Shown here: piece after piece, positions 58,168 to 64,000 of the stretch
Position numbering within the stretch: the first letter of the stretch is position 1
Layout: each line of letters begins with the position of its first letter
Assembly: GCA_038060895.1 (NCBI GenBank)
Contig: JBBTCT010000007.1
Span: forward strand, 100,023 to 164,022
Length of the DNA: 64,000 nt
Direction of reading: 5' to 3'
DNA from: Planctomycetota bacterium
GTDB taxonomy: Bacteria > Planctomycetota > MHYJ01 > WSZJ01
The notes under the pieces: generated by a model
The model's database searches: none
What the model saw: only the letters and a program-made list of their open reading frames with translations
What the model was told of the DNA's origin: nothing
Made by a program: the position numbers and the translations under genes

Positions 58168-59090
58168 TAATGTTCCGTGAGGTAGCGAAAAACGGCGTCG
58201 AGGTTGTCGTCGGGGCTGCGGAGCTCCTCGACGGGGATGCCGGACTCGAGAACGAGTTGAGGAAGGCGGCCGTAGAACTCTTCGGGCTTCGGCGTGCGGA
58301 CCGTGACCGCGCCGTCGCCGATGGACATTTCCGAGACGTCCTTGTCGCGCGCCAGGAGCGCCGCGAGATCGCGGGCGCGCGGCGTGCGCATCTCGATCGA
58401 ATGCGGGTGGCGGTCGATCATGCCGCGGATCTCGTGGACGTTGCCCGCCGCCATCACGCGGCCCTTGTGCATCATCACGATGTTGGGCGTCATCGCCTCT
58501 ACCTCGTGCAGGACGTGGCTCGAGATGATCACGGATCGCCCCTCGCGTCCCACTTCCTTGACCAGGTCGATGATGTCCCGCCGGATCAGCGGGTCCGCGC
58601 CATTCAGCGGCTCGTCGAGCACCAGCAGTTCCGGGTCGTGCGCCAGCGCCTGCGCGAGCTTCAGTCGCTGCCGCATTCCTTTCGAATAACCATAAATCTT
58701 CCGGTCCGCGAACTCGGCGCCCTTCACCCGGTCCAGCGCGGCACCTGCGCGGCGCCGGCGTTCCGAAGCGCCCAGGCCGTGGATTCCCAGAAGCGCTTCC
58801 ACGAACTCGCGCCCGGTCATGAATTCGAAGAAGTTGTCGTGGTCGGGGCAGTAGCCGACGCGGCGGAAGAGCGAAGGGTCGCCGAAGGCGTGGGCGCCGA
58901 AGACGAGGGCGGCGCCGCGCGAGGGGGGCATGGAGCCGGTCACGAGGCGAAGCATGGTGGTTTTGCCGGCGCCATTGGGCCCGAGGAGGCCGACGACCCC
59001 CGGATTCACGGCGAGGGTGACGTCGCGAAGAGCGACGACCTGGCCGTACCAGCGGGTCACGCCGCGGAAATCGAGGAGAAGGCCGCTCAT
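58167..59090 (-). CDS. ABC transporter ATP-binding protein
   Basis: Motifs GPNGAGKTT, YSKGMRQR, LDEPLNG, SSH. Confidence 0.93.
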   Translation of the reverse strand: MSGLLLDFRGVTRWYGQVVALRDVTLAVNPGVVGLLGPNGAGKTTMLRLVTGSMPPSRGAALVFGAHAFGDPSLFRRVGYCPDHDNFFEFMTGREFVEALLGIHGLGASERRRRAGAALDRVKGAEFADRKIYGYSKGMRQRLKLAQALAHDPELLVLDEPLNGADPLIRRDIIDLVKEVGREGRSVIISSHVLHEVEAMTPNIVMMHKGRVMAAGNVHEIRGMIDRHPHSIEMRTPRARDLAALLARDKDVSEMSIGDGAVTVRTPKPEEFYGRLPQLVLESGIPVEELRSPDDNLDAVFRYLTEH

Positions 59091-59968
59091 GAGCGCCGCT
59101 CCGCGTTGGCGATGCGCCAGATGACGATCGAGAGGCCGATAATGAAGACTCCGGCAAGGATGCCCGCGGAATACCAGGCGCTGTACGGCGTCTCAAGCGA
59201 CTGCTTCATCGCTTCGTCCATCCCATCCAGTTTCATCTGGGTCGGCGCCGCGGGCAGGATTTCCTTCGCAACGCGGAAGACGTTGCTCGAGATCGAGAGG
59301 AGGTAGCCCCACTTGAGCTTCGCGGCGGCGGAGAGAATCGAGGAGACCGACTCGAGGACGAGGTAGAGGACCACCCACCCGGTGCCGGCGAGAAAGGTCC
59401 GCTTCGTGCAGGAGCTGAACGCCATCACCACGGCGATTCCCGGCAGGGCTGCGATCGGGGCGCAGGCCATGAGGCCGAGGAAGAGTTTGCACGAGTAGGC
59501 CGTGGTCGCGAGGTCGCCGAGGCTGTACAGCCCGAGTCCGGCGGCGAGCATCGGGGCGAGAAGGAGAGGAAGGAAGAGGAACACGGCTGCGGTCATCGCC
59601 TTGCCGAGCACGTAATCGGTGCGATGAATCGACTTCGAGAAATACATCAGCAGCGCGTTGTGCTTGACGTCGTTGGCGATCAGGCCGCTTCCGACGACGG
59701 GCATGATGAGGAGAAAGGTCCATGTCATGGAGCTGCTGAGGGCGGCGCTGACCACGAAGGCGGGGTCAGAGAGGGCGGGCATCATCATGCCGATGAAGGC
59801 GTTGGGAAGGGAGAAGAGCATGGCGATGCCGCCGCAGATGAGCAGGGCGACGGGGCTGCGGCGCCAGGTGTTGATGACGCCGGTCCAGGTGATGGCGAGG
59901 AAGCGGAAAGGCCGGGGCTGGAGGGTCCCGGTCCACGGCTGGTAGGTCTGGTCGAAGAGGCCGCTCAT
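59087..59968 (-). CDS. ABC-2 type transporter permease
   Basis: LIAND..NALLMYFSK..R.DYVLGK motif; TM helices. Confidence 0.85.
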   Translation of the reverse strand: MSGLFDQTYQPWTGTLQPRPFRFLAITWTGVINTWRRSPVALLICGGIAMLFSLPNAFIGMMMPALSDPAFVVSAALSSSMTWTFLLIMPVVGSGLIANDVKHNALLMYFSKSIHRTDYVLGKAMTAAVFLFLPLLLAPMLAAGLGLYSLGDLATTAYSCKLFLGLMACAPIAALPGIAVVMAFSSCTKRTFLAGTGWVVLYLVLESVSSILSAAAKLKWGYLLSISSNVFRVAKEILPAAPTQMKLDGMDEAMKQSLETPYSAWYSAGILAGVFIIGLSIVIWRIANAERRS

Positions 59969-60957
59969 TTATCGGCGGCCTCGATGAGACCGGCGAAGAC
60001 GTCCTCCAGGTTTTTCTCGGCGGGCGCCATGTGGCGGACCTGGGTGCCGGTGGAAGCGGCGGCGCGGAGGACGGGCTGGGTTTCCTTGAGATCGGAGAGG
60101 GGGATGAGGAGGCGGTCCGTCTCCATGGTGTCGCGTGGGGCCATTCCCAGGGAGCGGAGAGCTTCGCGGAAACGGATTCCATCGCCGCGGAAGCGGATCT
60201 CGAGGGCCTTCTCGGCGTTACCGACGATGTCGCGGATCGGGCCGGAGGCGACGAGGCGGCCGCGGTGGAGGACGATGAGCTCGTCGCAGACGGTCTCGAC
60301 GTCGTGGAGGATGTGGCTGGAGAGAACGACGTTGATGCCCTTCTTCCGGGAGATCTCGCGGATGAGGGCGAGCATCTCGTCGCGGCCTCGCGGATCGAGG
60401 CCGTTGGTGGGTTCGTCGAGAAAAAGCAGCCTGGGGTGGTGGACGAGGGCTTGCGCAAGCTTGACGCGCTGCAGCATGCCCGTCGAATAGGTGTCGATGT
60501 CGCGATAACGCGCTTCGCCGAGGTCGAGCGCGTGAAGGACGTCGTGCGAACGGGCGAGCGCGTCTCCTGCGGACATCCCGACGAGCCGGCCGGCGAACGC
60601 GACGTACTGGACGGCGTTCATGCGCGGAATCATGCAGTCGCTTTCGGGCATGAAGCCGGTGATCTGGCGGATGCGCAGGGCCTGGCTGCGGGAGTCGAGA
60701 CCGAGGGCGGAAGCGCGGCCGGAGGTAGGGTCGATGAGTCCGAGGAGGATTTTGATCAGGGTGGACTTGCCGGAGCCGTTAGGGCCGAGGAGGCCGATGG
60801 CGCGCGCCCTGGGCGGCTGCACGAGATCCTCTCCGCCGACCAGGCCGGCGACGTGGGGAGATTCCGCTGCCGCGACGGAGAGAGAAACGCTCTGCAGCGC
60901 CTGGACGCGGCCGTAGGTTTTGACGAGGGAATCGACGGCGAGGAGGGATTCGGGCAT
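59965..60957 (-). CDS. ABC transporter ATP-binding protein
   Basis: Motifs GPNGSGKST, YSTGMLQR, LDEPTNGLDP, SSH. Confidence 0.93.
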   Translation of the reverse strand: MPESLLAVDSLVKTYGRVQALQSVSLSVAAAESPHVAGLVGGEDLVQPPRARAIGLLGPNGSGKSTLIKILLGLIDPTSGRASALGLDSRSQALRIRQITGFMPESDCMIPRMNAVQYVAFAGRLVGMSAGDALARSHDVLHALDLGEARYRDIDTYSTGMLQRVKLAQALVHHPRLLFLDEPTNGLDPRGRDEMLALIREISRKKGINVVLSSHILHDVETVCDELIVLHRGRLVASGPIRDIVGNAEKALEIRFRGDGIRFREALRSLGMAPRDTMETDRLLIPLSDLKETQPVLRAAASTGTQVRHMAPAEKNLEDVFAGLIEAADK

Positions 60958-61027
60958 GGAGTGGTGGCGTACCGTATCCGAGGTTGGGGATGGAGCAAAG
61001 AGGTAGAGGGGTGGGCGAAGCTTTAGG

Positions 61028-61150
61028 GGAAAAACGGCCACGGCAAATCCGAATTCCAACCCCAACCCCAAATCCCAAAGAGCCCCGTTTCAAAGACGTT
61101 ATGGGGTTGGAGTTGGGGTTGGGATTTGGAGTTGCCCTGGACGTTTTTCC
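61028..61150. repeat. palindromic element of degenerate hexamers, related to 11730-11809
   Basis: ggaaaaacggccacggcaaatccgaattccaaccccaacccca ... tggggttggagttggggttgggatttggagttgccctggacgtttttcc. Confidence 0.85.
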
Positions 61151-61152
61151 GC

Positions 61153-62889
61153 CTACATTTCCTCGGGCGCCTCGATCCCGAGCAGCGCCAACCCGCTCCG
61201 AAGCACCTGCCTCGCGCTCGCGATGAGCAGGATCCTCGCGGCGGTCAGCGCCGCGTCGTCCGAGATGATCCGCTGCTGTTTCCAGAAGCGGTTGACCTCG
61301 CCCGACAAATCAATGAGGAAACGGCTCACGATCGACGGCTCATACCGGGTTGCCGCATCCAGAACGATCTGCGGGTAACGCCCGATCTGGCGCGCAACTC
61401 CCTTGTCGTCGTCAGTCGCGAGCAGCCTGAAATCCACGTCTCCGCTGACGGGCTTTCCGTACTTCCGCAGCGCGCTCGACAGCCGCGCAAACGTGTACTG
61501 CAGGTATGGCCCCGTCTCCCCCTTGAACGCCATCGTCTCGGGGTCGAAATCCAGCATCTGCTTCAGGTTGAAATCGATGTCCTTCGAGCGCGTCCGCGAC
61601 AGGTCGTTGTAGATCACGGCGCCGATGCCGACCGCGAGCGCGATCCGCGCCTTCTTCGCGTCGTCCCACTCCCGGGTGGCGATGATCTCGTTCACGCGGT
61701 CGATCGCCGACTGCAGCACGTCCTGCAGGAGCACGATCGTCCCCTTGCGCGTCGCCATCTTCTCCCGCTGCCCCTCGGCGTTAACGATGCGCATCAGCCC
61801 GAAGTCGACGTGTACGGGTTCCGCGTCCAGGCCCAGAAGCGACGCGACTTTGAACAGCTGTTTAAAGTGAAGCTTCTGGTCAGCGGCGACGACGTAGATG
61901 ATTTTCTTCGCGCCGTAGTGCCGGCGCCGGTACAGGATCGCCGCGAGGTCGCGCGTCCCGTAAAGCGAAGCGTCGTCCGCCTTCCTCAGCAGGAAGGGCT
62001 CCTTGATTCCGTGCGCGGTCAGGTCCACGACGTAGGCGCCCTCGCTCTGCGACGTCAGGTTCTTCGCCTCGAGCTCCTTGATCGCGGCGTCCATCTTGTC
62101 CACGTAGTCCGATTCGCCGCTCCAGGAGTCGAAGTCGACGCCGAGAAGCGCGTACACGCGCTTGAACTCCGTGAGCGAAATGTCGCGGAAGTGCTGCCAG
62201 AGCGACTTCGCCTCGGCGTCGCCCGTCTCGAGCTTCCGGAACCAGTCGCGCGCCTCCTGCTGGTACGCGGGGTCCAGTTTCGATGCCTCCGTGTACTTCA
62301 CCAGCAGGTCCTTCAGGAACTCGACGCCCTTCAGTTTCAGCTCGGCCTCGTCGCCCCACTTTTTCCACGCCGAGATCAGCTTCCCGAAATTCGTCCCCCA
62401 GTCGCCGAGGTGATTGACGCCGATGACCTTGTACCCGCACGCCTGCCACAGCCGGCGGATCCCGTTCCCGATGACCGTGCTCCGCAGATGCGCGATCCCG
62501 AGCGGCTTCGCAATATTCGGGCTCGAGAAGTCGATCACCACCGATTCGCCCTTCCCCGTCTCGTTCCGCCCGTACGCCTCCCCCGCCGCATGCGCCGCGA
62601 CGAGCACAGACTTCGCCAGCGCCCCCGGGTCCGCGAAAAAATTCACGTAAGGCCCCTTCGTCTCGACCTTGAGGATCGAAGCGGGCCTGGCGACCTTCGC
62701 CGCGACCTGCGTCGCCACGGCGGGCGGCGCCGCATTGCCGAAGCGGTCCCGGATCGTGAAGCACGGGAACGCGAAATCGCCCATGGCGGAGTCGGGCGGC
62801 GATTCCAGGAGCTTTTCGGCCTCCGCGGCGGAGAGGCCGGGGACGGCAGCGGCGATGGAAGCGGCGACTTCGGAGCGGATTTCGTTCAT
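61153..62889 (-). CDS. argS: arginine--tRNA ligase
   Basis: Motifs DFSSPNIAK..HLRST, NHLGDWGT, Y.TRDLA, KMATRKG, GETGPYLQY, terminal APEEM. Confidence 0.97.
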   Translation of the reverse strand: MNEIRSEVAASIAAAVPGLSAAEAEKLLESPPDSAMGDFAFPCFTIRDRFGNAAPPAVATQVAAKVARPASILKVETKGPYVNFFADPGALAKSVLVAAHAAGEAYGRNETGKGESVVIDFSSPNIAKPLGIAHLRSTVIGNGIRRLWQACGYKVIGVNHLGDWGTNFGKLISAWKKWGDEAELKLKGVEFLKDLLVKYTEASKLDPAYQQEARDWFRKLETGDAEAKSLWQHFRDISLTEFKRVYALLGVDFDSWSGESDYVDKMDAAIKELEAKNLTSQSEGAYVVDLTAHGIKEPFLLRKADDASLYGTRDLAAILYRRRHYGAKKIIYVVAADQKLHFKQLFKVASLLGLDAEPVHVDFGLMRIVNAEGQREKMATRKGTIVLLQDVLQSAIDRVNEIIATREWDDAKKARIALAVGIGAVIYNDLSRTRSKDIDFNLKQMLDFDPETMAFKGETGPYLQYTFARLSSALRKYGKPVSGDVDFRLLATDDDKGVARQIGRYPQIVLDAATRYEPSIVSRFLIDLSGEVNRFWKQQRIISDDAALTAARILLIASARQVLRSGLALLGIEAPEEM

Positions 62890-62937
62890 GGGGGCGCAAA
62901 GGTAATGAAAGAGCAGAGCTTTCGCCAGCGTCTGCCA

Positions 62938-62970
62938 GTCCACCCTGAGCGAGCGAAGCGAGTCGAAGGG
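62938..62970. repeat. REP-like short element
   Basis: gtccaccctgagcgagcgaagcgagtcgaaggg resembles the widespread CACCCTGAGC...GTCGAAGGG extragenic motif; single copy in this window. Confidence 0.45.
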
Positions 62971-62977
62971 CCTCGCC

Positions 62978-63745
62978 TCAGTCCCGCACGCGCTCCGTCT
63001 TGCGCATTCTTACCGTCGCCAGCCGCTTCCCCCATCGGCGCAGCGCCTGCGGGATGAACGTGCGCGTGGGGCGTTCCTCCTCCGGGCCGGCTGCGTTCTT
63101 GTGATTCGTGCAGTGGAGCGTGCGCCAGAGGCCGAGGCGGTCGACGAGCTCGACCTTTTCGGGGCTGAGGTTCGTCATCTTCAGGAAGTTGTCCATCTTG
63201 AGGTCGCTGCGCCAGCCGACGCGCCAGAAGAGCGGGGCGAGAGCGAGCTCGACGTCGTTGATGAAGACGTTTGGAGCCATGAAGTGATTTACGAAGACGA
63301 GGCGGCCGCCGCGGCGGCAGACGCGCTTCATTTCCTGGACGACCGCCCGCGGGTCCGGGACGGTGGTGATGAAATACGCGGCGAGGACGGCGTCGAAGGA
63401 GTCGTCGGGAAAGTCGAGTTTGGTCGCGTCCATCTTCATGAGACGGACGTGGTTCCATTCGGCCTTCTGCTTGCGGATCTTGGCCTCGTCGAGCATGCCC
63501 TGCGAGAGGTCGATGCCGGTGAAATGAACGCTGTCCGGGAAGAGCGGAATGCACGCCCCGGTGCCGACGCCGACTTCCAGGATGCGCTCGCCGGGGCGGG
63601 AGGCGATGGCTGCGACGGCGCGGCGTCGGCCTTCGGCGAAGAAGCGCTCGAAGACGAAGTCGTACACGCCGGCGTAGAAATTGTAAACGGACTCGATGTA
63701 GGCGGTGCCTACCATGAAACCCCCGGTTGAGCCGTGAGGGGCCAT
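62978..63745 (-). CDS. class I SAM methyltransferase, PmtA (phospholipid N-methyltransferase)-like; start may be 63715
   Basis: Motifs Y..YA.VYD..F, LEVGVGTG, GIDLS..ML, MDA..L.F.D.SFD, VNHF. Confidence 0.85.
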   Translation of the reverse strand: MAPHGSTGGFMVGTAYIESVYNFYAGVYDFVFERFFAEGRRRAVAAIASRPGERILEVGVGTGACIPLFPDSVHFTGIDLSQGMLDEAKIRKQKAEWNHVRLMKMDATKLDFPDDSFDAVLAAYFITTVPDPRAVVQEMKRVCRRGGRLVFVNHFMAPNVFINDVELALAPLFWRVGWRSDLKMDNFLKMTNLSPEKVELVDRLGLWRTLHCTNHKNAAGPEEERPTRTFIPQALRRWGKRLATVRMRKTERVRD

Positions 63746-63790
63746 TTTGCCGTTTTTGCAGCGCCTACCGCAACGAACAATTTCGGCAAA

Positions 63791-64000
63791 TCAGCGCCTT
63801 GGCCGGGGCGGCCGGGTGGTCTGGGACCGGTAGGTCGCGATGACCCGGTCGAGGATCTCGTCGATCCCGACAGTGGGCTTGTACCCGATGAACTTCTCGG
63901 CTTTTTCGATCGACGGCACGCGGCGCATCATGTCTTCGAATCCTTCCTCGTACGCCTTCTCGTAGGTGATGTGCTCGATCTTCGCATTGCCGCCGGTCTT
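63791..64000 (-). CDS. NAD-dependent nucleotide-sugar epimerase/dehydratase, C-terminal part only
   Basis: Manual translation: KTGGNAKIEHITYEKAYEEGFEDMMRRVPSIEKAEKFIGYKPTVGIDEILDRVI. Confidence 0.85.
   Translation of the reverse strand, partial: KTGGNAKIEHITYEKAYEEGFEDMMRRVPSIEKAEKFIGYKPTVGIDEILDRVIATYRSQTTRPPRPRR

Overview
High-GC bacterial chromosome segment with about 63 CDS or CDS remnants and 3 tRNAs (Leu-CAA, Val-GAC, Ala-CGC). The gene content (HEAT-repeat lipoproteins, signal-peptide tricorn protease, DUF885, CFI-box-CTERM protein) suggests a Planctomycetota/PVC-type organism; this is an inference. No rRNA, CRISPR array, integrase or transposase is recognisable. Main blocks: (1) an interrupted aromatic-acyl-CoA cluster resembling the abm (2-aminobenzoate) genes but without a monooxygenase; (2) an ~11 kb metal-uptake region with two Cys/His-rich leader ORFs (one ending in RAPP), a tiny Cys/Lys-rich ORF, an ATPase-less ZnuA/ZnuB pair and a ZrgBCD-like module; (3) an nfeD-nfeD-floA operon; (4) a two-gene operon encoding a coiled-coil protein and an actin-family ATPase that closely resembles haloarchaeal volactin, the most striking item; (5) a four-gene ABC exporter, argS and a PmtA-like methyltransferase. 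Non-coding structure includes long unique-sequence hairpins abutting tRNA ends, palindromes built of short degenerate tandem repeats, many apparently leaderless genes, and block-wise C/G codon skew. All family calls come from motif recognition by eye; no searches were run.
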